From: Octopus bimaculoides
Taxonomy: Eukaryota
Direction of reading: 5' to 3'
Length of the DNA: 64,000 nt
Assembly (NCBI RefSeq): GCF_001194135.2
Contig: NC_068986.1
Coordinates: 59,987,487 to 60,051,486 of the forward strand
The position numbers and the translations under genes were made by a program. The notes under the pieces are model-generated. The model saw only the letters and a list, made by a program, of their open reading frames with translations. It was not told the origin of the DNA and searched no databases. Positions 13,339 through 26,770 of this stretch are shown piece after piece. Position 1 is the stretch's first letter, and the number at the start of each line of letters is the position of its first letter.

Positions 13339-13895
13339 GAGAGAGAGAGAGAGAGAGAGATTATGAGGGGTAATGGTGTCAATAAGACCCAAAGGTGTTA
13401 GGTAATGCTGAGTAAGCGCTTTGGACAGTCTATAGTTAAGCTCTAGGTTCGGAGATTATGCAAATGAGAAGTCCAACATAGGTCATATACTAGCATGAGC
13501 ATATATTAAAAAATTTTGAGAATGAGATAAAAATCCAAGGCTATGAAAGATTTTAGAACATCACAGCCTTGGATTTTTATCTCATTCTGAAAATTTATAT
13601 ATATATATATNNNNNNNNNNNNNNNNNNNNNNNNNNNNNNNNNNNNNNNNNNNNNNNNNNNNNNNNNNNNNNNNNNNNNNNNNNNNNNNNNNNNNNNNNN
13701 NNNNNNNNNNNNNNNNNNNNNNNNNNNNNNNNNNNNNNNNNNNNNNNNNNNNNNNNNNNNNNNNNNNNNNNNTTTTTTGGCCCATGACACTGCATGGATC
13801 CTAAGTAAGGCATGTCTAAAATCTGAATGAAATCGATTGGGTAGTTCTCAAGTTTTAGTGATGCACACATACAGACACACAGACACACATTCTCA

Positions 13896-13927
<32 letters not shown>

Positions 13928-14956
13928 ATCTCACACATACACACATAGATACATGCATATCATAACCTAACTCACAATCATCTGATATAGACAATCACAA
14001 GAACTGGTCTATGCCAGAATCACCTTAGCTTTCCTTGTAGTGGTAATTTTAAGAACATCATTATATTGGCATTATTCCCTCCACTATATTACCAACAGCA
14101 GTCTAAATTGGAAATCAATAAATTTGGTCTTATTTCAGATATTCCACCTCTTGATTTTCAAATCAATGATCTGTTTTTTTTGGTTTTGGTATTGCCACAG
14201 AGTAAAAAAAATCTCCCAATAACAGCATTATTTATTATAATGTTTGGAAATGTGCACAGGTGTGTAAATTTTCAAATATACAAGAGGTGGGCAAGTGAGT
14301 GAGTAAGAGATAGAGAGAGAGTATATATGTGTGTGTATACAACTGTATGATTATATATGTAACTACGTCTGTATAGACAGGTATGTCAAATAAACAAATT
14401 AATGTATGTATGTATGTATGTATATATGATTCTCTGTCTAGGTAGCCCTATGACAAACCTATGACATGCAAAGAAACAATCAGTCATTTGGGAGTCACCA
14501 GCACATGTGATACAAGCATGTGTATGTGAGAGAAGGGGAGGGAAAGAGAGAGGAAGAGAGGGAGAGAGAGAGAGAAAGGTGGAGAGAGAGCGTTTTTGTT
14601 TATGTTCATTTTCATTCATTATGTGTATAGATGCAGAAACAGCAATGTAGACAATTGAATTTCTATTGCTATATAATTGCTACAGAATTACATTGAGACA
14701 TACAAACACACACAATAGTTAGCTTTCTCTTTTCTTTTCTTTCAGTCTTAGTATAATTAGATATACAAGAGAATGTGTGTGCATGTATGTGTGTATATGT
14801 GCATACACTATATTTATTATCTTGGAGAGAATGGTAGCTAGTTTCAAATATTGTACTGTTCATGAAGGCAAAAGCGAAAGTAGGAAGTTGTGATGTCATT
14901 ACTTAATGAACAGTAATCTTTTGTTATTGTTGCTGTTGTTTTTTCCCTTTCCTTTG

Positions 14957-14988
<32 letters not shown>

Positions 14989-15555
14989 CTCTCTCTCACA
15001 GACACACACACATACAATATATATATGAATTAGTAATATTTGTAGAGACAAATTAGCTTGGATTACTGCCAAACATTTTGCTCTGAGTGTGAAAAACTTG
15101 GTAGAATTTGGCACAACTTCAGAAGAGAAAGGTAGATAAAACATTTCTAAAAGATAGTAAAAGATAAAACTCATCATTATCTTCATGACATAAATAATTG
15201 GTGTAGAAATCAAGTTCAAACTATATTGCATATCATTCTTTATCTTATTCCTTAACCCTTTTGTGAGGCAATATTTATAATGAAATACATTGCCTTTATG
15301 TTTTGATTAATTTTAAAAAGAATAAAGAACTTGGAAGGATCTAGTAAAACAGGTAACATTTTCATTAAACTGATGTTTGAAAAAAACATTCTTAAAAGAT
15401 GAAATTATGATGATGGATGATTAGTTTAAATATCAACACTTTAATCTAGATTTTGTGACAGGCTTAGTGTATCAAAAGAGAATGAATATTTTTGTGGTGG
15501 AATGAGATCAGACAAAATATTGCAATTACTGTATAATGTGTTAATATGGATAAGA

Positions 15556-15591
<36 letters not shown>

Positions 15592-16464
15592 AATCGATCG
15601 ATCGATCGATCCATGCATCCATCCATGTACATACGTACGTACGTATGCATGCATGTATGTGTGTGGGGGGAGTGTACCTATGTATTGAAGAATGCATTAA
15701 TTCACCTTAATCCTAAGTCTATGTGTAAGAGATTGCATTGGACCACCCTCATCCCTACATTCTAACATTGCCTTTCTGTACTACCAGCCATCAGTCTCTC
15801 TCAACCCAGGGTCAATTCTATTGCCATATATTACCTACTCTTATCTGATCACCCACCTTTACCTTTCTCTACTTCTGCCATTGCCAATCACTCCCTACCC
15901 AAATCCACCCCAATAATCCTGCTGCTTACATTACACTACAACTCCTTTCTGCTACCCAACAACCCTGGTTATTCATATGCCATCACTCTCTCTTTTAATC
16001 CTATCCTTGGTCATCTAAGCAAATGTAGGTGTTCTAGATTGAATGCTCCCTGCATTTGCACACTAACCCTTCTCACCCACTCCTAATTTTGTTGTTGGTA
16101 TTGCTCTCCCATCTATTTTCCCTTCTGAGTCTACATATCTTCCCTCTCTGAGTACAGTCTTTTAAAGTATCCTGTATACAAGGCACTATCACTCCTGCAT
16201 GAGTGCTGACAGGCTGGCAAATGAGAAGACAATGCATAGTGTTCGGAAGGCCATATTTATTTATCTTATCTGGTTTTATTGCCACGAGAAAACATACCCA
16301 GTAAACAATATAAAGTGACAGGCAATACAAAGGGCATACATACAAGCACCAGGGAGCAGCAGTTCCTAATAAGAAATAACTTAGAGCATGATGCCTCATC
16401 CAGCCAATGCCAGCATGGAAAGCAGACATAAAATGATGGTGATGACATATGCACACAAACACAT

Positions 16465-16529
<65 letters not shown>

Positions 16530-16719
16530 ATGGGTTTTCTTACTGCTTCCAACTATCAATTCCACTCAGAAGGCATGGGCAATCCCAAAGCAAAAGTAGA
16601 AAGATTAAGAAATTCATTTTACAAATAGATGGTTTTGAGTCTAATCCCACTGCATAGCACCTTGGGTGTCTTCTACTCTGAATCTGGGTCAACTAAAGCC
16701 TTATGAGGGCATTTGGCAG

Positions 16720-17745
16720 ATGGCATGGTGGCATGGTTGGGATGGTTTGACAAGAGCCGGCCAGATAGAAGCCTGCACCAGACTTCTATAACTGCTTTGG
16801 CGGAATTTTTATAGCTGGATGCCCTTCCTATCACCAACCACTCAGCAGGGTCGACTTAGTGCTTTTTACATGGCACAAGGGCAGGCAAGGTCAGTTTTGA
16901 CAAGGTTTTTACAGCTGGATGCCCTTTCAAATGCCAAACACTTTACAGTGTGGACTGGGTGCTTTTAAGTGGCACCTACAGTGACAGGGTCACTAAGTAC
17001 TTGCAAGACAAAAAAAAAATCTGTTTTGAGAGGGGAGGGGACATTGGAGGAGGTGATCTTGTATCGGATGATGAAAGGTTAGAGACAGAGAAACAGAAAC
17101 AAGTGTCTTGCTGTAGAGGAGATACAAGGTTACCCGGCTGGGTTGGGAGTGGGTGGAGAGAGAGAAGTCAGGAATGAAGACAGAAACAGGTGCACTGCTG
17201 CGAAGGAAATACATGGTTACCCAACCTGAGGAAAGTGCAGGAGAAGGAGAGAGAGTGAGAGAGAGTTGGAGACATCAGGATAGAGATGGTGGAAAAGAGA
17301 CAGGCATACTCACAAGGGACAGGGATCTCAATATAAATGGAATGGTTGAGTAAAGGAAGAGGGAGATGTAGATGGTGGCAAATGCCAGGGCATACCCTTG
17401 AAGTTTGAATATCATGATATAAGTGGCAGGATATCGTGAGTGGGGAAAACCTGGGCATATATAGAGTCAGTGGGGCTACTGGATAGCAATGATACAGAGG
17501 AACAGGGGTGTGAGGACAGGATTGGGGAGGGAGAGCTAGGCATAATGTATGAAGGAAGAAAAGAGATGTAGAGATGTAGTTTGGTTTATTGTGGTAGAGT
17601 GTGGGGGACACACAGCGCTTCTAGAACTCAGCTTCATATCACCAGACATCTCAATCCATTGTCATTTCCTCTGTGAGGCCCAGCATCCTGAGATCAGTCC
17701 TTACAACTTCATCCCATGTTTTCCTGGGTCTTCCTCGTCTGTGAG
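16720..17745 (-). mobile_element. Old RTE-related 3' fragment with purine/pyrimidine-biased 3' UTR (related + strand copy ~45420-45915)
   Basis: 17600-17745 is the reverse complement of the RTE ORF end. GGATGCCCTTCCTATCACCAACC is the reverse complement of the RTE tail motif. Confidence 0.6.
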
Positions 17746-17749
17746 TACC

Positions 17750-17801
<52 letters not shown>

Positions 17802-18585
17802 GTATATATGTAAACATTATGTATGTATGTTTTGTTTAAACACTTTTTGACAGCAGTATTTCATCTACATAAAGTCCCTTCAAGACATATAGTGTTGAAA
17901 AACACTGTATTCCTCAAAATCAAACCAGGTGAAACAAATTGCCCTATAGGTGAATGAGAATGGTAGATATAGATATACTTGAGTAATCCTGTATATGCAA
18001 ACACCATAAAATTGATCTACTGGTGTGCAACAGTGCCATGCAAGCAAAAAATCTTACACTATTTGTATCTACCTCAGACCACTGATTTGAATTTATTTTG
18101 AAGGTGACTCAAGAATACATTACAGATGAGCTGAAATAACAGTGAAATATCTATATCTACCATTCTCATTCATCTACAGGACAATTTGTTTCACCTGATT
18201 CTGAGGTGTACAGTGCTTATTAACACTCTACATCCTAAAAGGACTTCTCTTGGACAAAACATTGCAACTGAATAGTGTTTAATTTTTATGTTACCATATT
18301 TCTGTTGAGATGCTCTGTGTTTTGTTCAATTAATTTTAAATATAACAAAGAATTTAGTAAAATAACTTAGTTATCATTAAGCAAGTGTTAGGTACATAAA
18401 TTGTGTCTAAGGTTTGGTGAAAGATTTTAATTCAGAACTTTTGAAAACAAGACATTTGTACTACAGAGCCAGAGATGGTTTCAGCTGGGTTAAACAAAAG
18501 CACATACAGTAAGTATGTGACATCTATCATGTTTACATTATTAGAGCTGCTTCTAACTCAGAATTTAATGTTATATATTTAGACA

Positions 18586-18778
18586 CACACACACACACAC
18601 ACACACATGTATGTATGTATGTATGCATGCATGTATGTATGCATGCATGTATGTATGTATGTATGTATGTATGTGTGTGTGTATGATTATATGTATGCAT
18701 GTATGTATGAATGTATGCATGCATGTATGTGTGTGTATGTATGTATGTATGTATGTATGTATGTATGTGTGTGTATAC
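18586..18778. repeat. Compound (CA)n/(TATG)n microsatellite, representative of dozens in the window (e.g. (TAG)n 26717-26768, (TTA)n 27462-27500, (GA)n 47932-48078, (GT)n 50961-51034)
   Basis: Read directly. Most N gaps are flanked by such tracts. Confidence 0.95.
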
Positions 18779-19529
18779 ATATAATTTAGAATTAAATGGA
18801 TGTAACAAAACTGAAAATTGAAATACAGGAATATTTCAAAGAAATATGATCTCTGCCTCTCTCATTTCACCCCTTACTTCTATTCATTGATATACATACC
18901 TTTTCTCATATTCACCTTAACACTCATTCACTCTCTCACACGGACAATAAACAAACCCTTAGACTTGTCCATTCCAAAGAAATATGTTTCTGAATGAGAA
19001 TTATTAAAATATGCTGAATGAAATACTTTTGTTCAACAATAAATATATGGAGATATTAAGCATATATCGAATTGAAAGTGGTGCTTCCATATAATTTATG
19101 TTATTCTTGAAATATATTTGTGTGTATATACAGCTATATGTGAACAAATATATACATACATGAGTGTGCATGTGTGTGTGTGTGTGTATTCTTTTACTTG
19201 TTTCAGTCAGTTGACCGCAGCCATACTGGAGCACCACCTTTAGTCAGACAAATCAACCCCAGGGCTTATTTTTTGTAAGCCTAATACTTATTCTATCGGT
19301 CTATTTTTGCCAGATTTCTAAGTTATGGAAATGTAAACACACCAACATCGGTTGTCAAGTGATTGTGTGGAGACAAACATAGATATATATATATATATAT
19401 ATATATATATTACTAATGATAATAATGATAATAAATAGTCCTCATCCAATTATAATGCGAGAGAGTTAGGGGTTGACGATTCAACCCCCTCAACCCCTAA
19501 CTCTCTCGCACTATATATATATATACATG

Positions 19530-19563
<34 letters not shown>

Positions 19564-19564
<1 letters not shown>

Positions 19565-19722
19565 GGCTTCTTTCAGTTTCCATCTACCAAATCCACTCAC
19601 AAGGCTTTGGCTTTGGTCAGCCTGAGACTGTATTAGAAGACACTTGCCCAAGATGCCATGCAGTGAGACTGAACCCAGAACCATGCGGTTGGGAAACGAG
19701 TTTCTTATCACACGGCCACACC
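19564..19722 (-). mobile_element. tRNA-derived SINE family A (other copies ~48646-48803 minus; partial 16640-16712 and 35630-35728 plus)
   Basis: Shared consensus GGTTC(T/C)GGGTTCAGTCCCACTGCGTGGCACCTTGGGCAAGTGTCTTCTACTATAGCCTC...CAAAGCCTTGTGAGTGGATTTGGTAGA. Confidence 0.85.
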
Positions 19723-21055
19723 TGTGCCCACTTAGTTTTAGAATGGTGGCAGCTGATGAAGGAAATGTTCTCTATGTAGCCTGTGTGTTTTCTGTACTCT
19801 GTTTATCATTTTGTCCACGTTTATTTGCAACATCCTGTATCCAGATATCTATCTATATATACATGTAGATGTAGGTATGTACATACATGTACGTATATAT
19901 GCATATACTCACATATTANNNNNNNNNNNNNNNNNNNNNNNNNNNNNNNNNNNNNNNNNNNNNNNNNNNNNNNNNNNNNNNNNNNNNNNNNNNNNNNNNN
20001 NNNNNNNNNNNNNNNNNNNNNNNNNNNNNNNNNNNNNNNNNNNNNNNNNNNNNNNNNNNNNNNNNNNNNNNNNNNNNNNNNNNNNNNNNNNNNNNNNNNN
20101 NNNNNNNNNNNNNNNNNNNNNNNNNNNNNNNNNNNNNNNNNNNNNNNNNNNNNNNNNNNNNNNNNNNNNNNNNNNNNNNNNNNNNNNNNNNNNNNNNNNN
20201 NNNNNNNNNNNNNNNNNNNNNNNNNNNNNNNNNNNNNNNNNNNNNNNNNNNNNNNNNNNNNNNNNNNNNNNNNNNNNNNNNNNNNNNNNNNNNNNNNNNN
20301 NNNNNNNNNNNNNNNNNNNNNNNNNNNNNNNNNNNNNNNNNNNNNNNNNNNNNNNNNNNNNNNNNNNNNNNNNNNNNNNNNNNNNNNNNNNNNNNNNNNN
20401 NNNNNNNNNNNNNNNNNNNNNNNNNNNNNNNNNNNNNNNNNNNNNNNNNNNNNNNNNNNNNNNNNNNNNNNNNNNNNNNNNNNNNNNNNNNNNNNNNNNN
20501 NNNNNNNNNNATATATATATATATATATACATGAGTGTGTGCGTGTGTGTAAGTTTGTATTCTTGTTATTGTTTATTTTATGGAATCATAAATAAAAGTC
20601 ATTAAAAAATGAAATCTTGATCAAAATTTTTGACTAAAGGAAATGTAATGATAGGGACAATTATAAGTATATAGATGCATACTCACACACATATATACAT
20701 GTGAATGTGTGTATAAATACACATATACAGACAAAGACATAATCGCATGTATGTGTGTGTATATATATATGTACATGTGAATGTATATATATGTATATGT
20801 GTAGGTATGCATAAATTTACATATATTCTCTTACATACTCTCTCACACACACACACACTCTCTTACACACATACATGCACAAATACACAGTACATATATT
20901 GCATACAACTACATTCATACATGTGTGTAAAGAGTGAGATGGAGAGGAGTTTGCACAGAAATGAGAAAAATATATCAGGTCATGTCAATCCCCGTAAATA
21001 AGTTTTATGTAAAAGAAAGAAAGAAAGAATAAACTGAATATTTAAAAACACTTAC

Positions 21056-21223
21056 CAGGAAATATGAAGATTCCAGACTGCAATATTTTGTAATCCAAAT
21101 CTTTTAATCCTTTTGGAAGGTTTATTTGTCGACGACTGTAAGAAGAGATTGAGTGCGGACTGGATGGAGTTGATAAACTCTCACCTTCACCAAGTGCCAT
21201 TTCATCCAATAAAGACAAAGATC
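21056..21223 (-). CDS. Coding exon (168 nt, phase 1 to 1) of the same PLEKHG4/ARHGEF40-like gene, entering the SEC14/CRAL-TRIO-like domain
   Basis: Acceptor TCTTTTCAATTCCTCAG|GA at 21223, strong donor CCTG|GTAAGT at 21056. Phase matches the 23085 donor. Ends ...DYKILQSGIFIFPG, similar to the LxSGxxxLPG(xRD) start of the SEC14-like domain of puratrophin-family GEFs. Confidence 0.75.
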
Positions 21224-23084
21224 CTGAGGAATTGAAAAGACAGGAATGACCAGAATCGATTCTACCCTGAGACATGACAGTACTCTTCATACAAGTAATT
21301 CAAAGATTTTGTCGCACATTATTTAATTTGTCAATAAACCCGTTTACATATAAATTTTGACCGTACTTGTGTTTTGGGGTTTTTTTTTTTTTTTGCAATA
21401 TGTCTATTTGTCCATCTATCTGGATAGCTATCTACCCTGTAATTTTAAGCAGAACAACTTAGATTAACTGAAAACGCCCAGTTTGTCAGATATTTGAAAA
21501 AACAAAAATAAGAAACAGCGAGAAACCAGTGAATACATGTAGAGTAATATGTATGTATAACAGTCTCTCAACAGAAGAAAACCAAGGGTAAGCAAAGGAA
21601 CAGTCCTGGGGAATTTCTGTGTGTGTGCGTGTAGGCTGTCTCCACTTACAGTCAGCATGACTATTGGGAAGTATAGCATATGACTACACTCCCACTACCA
21701 CTTGAACATAAATATAAGAACCATTTCAACATACATCACTGGTAAACTGACTGCCCCCTAAAGCACTGTTTTAAATAATTTACATGACATGGAGATAGCA
21801 AAAGCCTTTACCACCCAAATACCTCCCCCACACTATCAAGTTGATTACCAGTTAAGGGGGTGCTACTATCAGTAGATAGGGATGAACTGGGTGGAAGGTA
21901 TCTTAGTGGAAACTAAATTTACCATAAAGAAACAAAAATTAAATATATATGTATATATACAGTTACAGCTTGACTGGATATAGAAACATTATAGGAAGCA
22001 GGAATCTGTAATTAGTCACTAATTGCAGTCTGACAACTGATATAATCATTGACATAGAGAAAGTTAAAAGTATATACAATGATCAAATGTTTAATGTTGA
22101 TTTTGTTTTCTTGTTTTTCAATAAATTAGTTATAATCATTTAAAAATAATAATAACCAAATAAAAAAAAAACATCAAAACCAATGAAATATTAATTCAAA
22201 TTGTTAGCAGCTGAGAATAAAACAGAATGGCATGAAATACTACGCTAAAGAAAATATATACATTTAATTCAGAAAAACCATTATTTTTATTCTTATTCTA
22301 CTTCTCAGACATCCAATACTGATGATATTAATAGTTTGATCTACTTCAAAGAAAACGATTTTAAATACCTTTGGATGATGTCCAATTGAATTTGCAATGT
22401 AAAAAATATTTGATAGCTTTTAAATTACAAGAAAAAGTTATAGACAAAAATTGGTTTTAGTCTTTTAAATAAAAGAGTACTGTTTTTTGTTTCTTTACTT
22501 CTTTGTAATCAATCTACTGATCATACATATATTTAAAATCAAAAGTGGTAAGAAAAAGTAGAGTAGACCTACAGTATACAAAAAGTTATAATGATTTGCT
22601 AATATTTTGTATCTGCCCATAACATTGCTATTGTAGATTGAAACTGTTTGCACAAGTGTCATATCCAGTGCCAATATTGCAGTTTTCTGTCATTGAATTA
22701 TAGCAGTAACTTATCCAAAAGATATTTGACAATTTTCCCTTCTCTATAAGAATGTTATAAACTATTTCAAGTGCAATGCTTTTTTTTTTTTATATATATA
22801 TACTAGACCGTCTACAAGAAGATACTTCACTACAATAGTTGTCTAAGAAGGATTTTGAGCGCAGAATGTACAGTGCCAGAACAGATACCTCAATAATTTA
22901 AAAAACTTACTGCCCTTGTCTGGTACTTTATTTATTGACCCTGAAAGAATGAAAAATAAATTTGACATGGGTAGGATTTGAACTTAAACAAATATCCACA
23001 AAACCCTCAATAAGTGGAAATAAACAATAATAAATGATGTGGAGTCAAAAAGAGGTTGAAAGAAGATTCAAAAGATGTACCTAC

Positions 23085-23733
23085 CATCAAAGTTCATCAA
23101 TTTATCAGTATCAGCCAGATTAGCCTCATCTTCTTCAACTCCTCGATGGATCAATGGCTGTTCTGGATCACCTGGAAGAGTAGCAGGTGGATTGGACACA
23201 AGGTCATCCCATCTTAAGCACCGGATACTATCTTCAGCGGTCAGCAAACATCTCTGAAATAAGTTGCAAATCTCGCTGCGATGTGACATGCTGGAGAGTA
23301 GCCAACTTCTTGGCAATATATAAATCTTTGGATTAAATATCCAAGGAAACAAATCCTCAAGATACTTTCTTGTCAAAAGAGACAGAAAGTTTTTGAATAA
23401 CAAATCCTGAAAGAGTTTGGTTGACACAAACTGCAAAGTGAAGTTGTCATCTGCTCTGGGCATCAACTGCCCACAGAATGCTACATCTTGACTAATTTCT
23501 CCTGAATGTTGAATGCGTGAACCAGATGACTGTAAAATTTGACAGCGGTAAATGTGGTAAATGTTGGAAAGGGTATGAAAATAGTCATAGCTTGAATTAC
23601 AAAAATACCAAATTGTTGTTAACTTATATGGAAATCTTCCTAAATACTTTCCAGTTGTAATATATTTGAGGCTGGTTTCAGATATCAGTGGTTGTGTATA
23701 AACATTGATCACACGTGAAGTTGGTGATGAAAT
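23085..23733 (-). CDS. Internal coding exon (649 nt, phase 0 to 1) of a PLEKHG4/ARHGEF40-like RhoGEF, N-terminal region
   Basis: Stop-free 216-codon stretch in otherwise stop-rich DNA. Acceptor TTTTGTTTCAG|ATT at 23733, donor GATG|GTAGGT at 23085. Peptide CLLTAEDSIRCLRWDDLVSNP resembles the ARHGEF40/PLEKHG4B N-terminal motif ([20 protein letters not shown] as I recall it). Family assignment is from memory, not a search. Confidence 0.7.
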
Positions 23734-24638
23734 CTGAAACAAAATTAAATTTTGTTTAGCACATTTAAATTGTGACAAGACTTTTTGGTTTTAATTTGCA
23801 AATACAGTTTCATAAAACTGTTTGTGACAAATGTATTAGTTATGAAGCAAGGCAACCAGCAGACTCCTGCTGCAATAATGACAATAGAAACATTTTTTTA
23901 ATTATTTAATTCAACAAAATAGGATTACATATATTCTGTGAAAATGTTCTATAGATTTCTGAGTGAGGTATATAGATTATTATCATTATCATTATTATTT
24001 TTGTGGTTGTTGTTATTTATTCCTCAGGTTAGCTCAGGCTGAGCAGAGCTATGATCAAAATGGCCCAAGGAATGATGGCTCTATCTTTTATTACATATAA
24101 GTTGACATTACCCAAAGAGCCATCCATTTTTTTAAAGATGGCAGACTATGATAAATTGTAACCTATCATCTTAATGGAGATTTGGCCAGACTTTTCAACA
24201 GGCTAAATAGCTACATAAAAGCTACCTTCATTGGCCAAATTAATCTACATGAAATAAAAATTTAGCATAGCTGATATTTTGTTTCAAATATCCAGAATAT
24301 ATTAGAGTATGAGAGCAATTCTCTGTTTTTTAGAATGCAGTTGTCAAACTCAAGTTAGCTCTGAATGAAAATATTCCAATCATGCTCATCCCAACTGTTT
24401 TTCAGGCATAATGTAAATCAGGTAACACTTTCCAATGTGTCCTTTCTTATGATATTAGTAATGCTCCATTAGAAGTCTGGAAGGTGCAACATAGATAGTA
24501 TTTGTAAAAAATAGCATTCTGCCTGAACTACATTATAATATATAATTTCCTAAATACCTTGCCTAAACTGGAGTATGTTCTGTAGTGTATGTCTCTAATT
24601 AACTAGAAATATCTTACACACATACCTATGTGTGCGAG

Positions 24639-24695
<57 letters not shown>

Positions 24696-26428
24696 ATGCG
24701 TGTGTGCATGTATGTGCATGTGTTAATTTCCATCACACTCTTTTGAAACTGAAGCACTTTTACATTATATGACACAGAAATTACAGAGAGGATTGGTTAT
24801 CATAAGCTAATTACTATTTCCATTTACATCATGTCTTTCTATGAAGCCAGCACAATAATTTAGCATTCCTTTAGCTTCATAATATTGATGTGATGTTGTG
24901 TGAGATACAAATATACTTTCAAATATCTTCTATAATTTAGAGTTTTGTTCATGAAATTTATGATGTATCATGCTTCTTAAATTTGAGGGAGATTTGACTG
25001 TTATTTTTTTCATGTCAAATATGGGGTTGGATCAACAGAAGAAGCAACAAGGGCTAGTAATTTTCAATCAAAAAATTCTAGTGTGGGATAGCTTTCATAA
25101 CTGATTTGGGCCCTCAACTTCTGAAGAAGCTGTAGGGGTGCTGTTGTGATATTCATCATGTCTTTATTTTAGGAATTCTTAAATCAGATGGAATCCATCC
25201 TTCTCCAAGTATGACCACAGATGATTTAATCCACACAAAAAAAAGCAACAGACAGCAACAGAGAAAGCAAGAGAGAAAGAAAAGAGTTGACCACAGTATA
25301 GAACTAGTACTTTATCAATCCTGAATGGATGAAAGGCGAAGTTAACCTCAGCAGTATCTGAACTCACAATGCAGAGATTAAAATAAATCCTTAAAGTAAT
25401 CTATGCTCTAACAATTCACCCAATTTGCCTTCATTGCTTTCATAATATCAAACATGAAGTGAGAGATAGTTACCAGCAGTAACAATGAATGAGGTTTGTG
25501 GCACAAATGTCTTTCTCAAAGAAATGCCATTAAGAACATTTGAACATATGAATTTTCAATAAGAAACTCAATAATTTTGATGCATTTGTTGCCTCCTCCT
25601 CATCAAAATACCTTTTCCAAGACACAATATTATTTTCTTTTAGGTATCTCAGTAATTGTATGCCAATATAGAATTTCATGTTTTGCTACATTCAAACCAG
25701 TAATATACTGGAAGTTAAAAATTTATATGAGGAAAATATTATGAACATTAGTATCAATGGCTGATACTAATCAAAATAGAATAGCATATGACTCATATAT
25801 AGACACAGAAATCTAAGGAAGAACAGCAGTTGATTAAATTGACCCCAGCTCTTGGCTGATACTTTACTTTATCCACCTTGGAAAGATGACAGGCAAAGTA
25901 GACTTCAGTAAAATTTGTTTTTGGAATGTAAAGAACTGGAGCAAATACCACAAAGCATTTTGTGTGACACATGATTTTATCAGTTGAATGCTTACAAAAA
26001 TAATAATAATAATTGCTTTATTATTCATTATTAAGCAAAATTGACCTCAGAAGGATTTAGCTCTTTATGTTCTGAGTTCAAATCCTGATGAATTCAACTT
26101 TGCCTTTCATTCTTATGGATTCTCTAAAATAAGTACCAGTCAAGTATTGGGATTGATGGTGCTGACTAATACACTTGCCTAAAAAGTTGTTGACCATGTG
26201 CCCTGTAATAGAAACCATGATTATTACTATTAGGCACAACATCAGAAATTTGGGAGAGGAGAACAGTTGATTATATTGATTCTATAGTTGTATGTACCAT
26301 ATTTTTATCAACCCCAGATATATGAAATGTAAAGTAGACCTTTGTGGAATTTGAACTCAGAATATAAAGAGCCAAAATAAATATAAGAAAGATTTTACAG
26401 TTCTATATTTAAGAGATGAGGAATTATG

Positions 26429-26679
26429 TACATTATTTACATTATTTGATGGATATTTTCCCTCATCTTGTTTGTTGTTAACACAACGTTTTGGCTGATA
26501 TACCCTCCATCCTTTATCAGGTGTCTTGGGGAAATTTTGAACCTTAGGAATGAGAACCCAGGTTCGAAATTTCTCCAAGATACCTGATGAAGGCTGGAGG
26601 GTCTATCAACCGAAACGTTACGTTAACAACAAACAACATGAGGAAAAATATCCGTCAAATGTAAATAATGTAAATAATG
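26429..26679. repeat. Fold-back (arms ~26429-26544 and 26560-26679), each arm carrying a decayed minimal hammerhead ribozyme motif
   Basis: The arms are reverse complements. The + arm has CTGATGA(26584-90)-A-GGCTG..CAACC-GAAACGTT. The - arm has CTGATAA...AAAACGTT. Confidence 0.8.
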
Positions 26680-26716
26680 CAGAAAGATTTTGTCTGATTT
26701 TGACAACTCACCCTCT

Positions 26717-26770
<54 letters not shown>

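Noticed and set aside
14040-14302. Candidate next host exon (IIDLK motif on minus) and short ORFs
   Set aside because: Stops in all minus frames and no suitable splice sites. The next host exon was not found in 1-21 kb.
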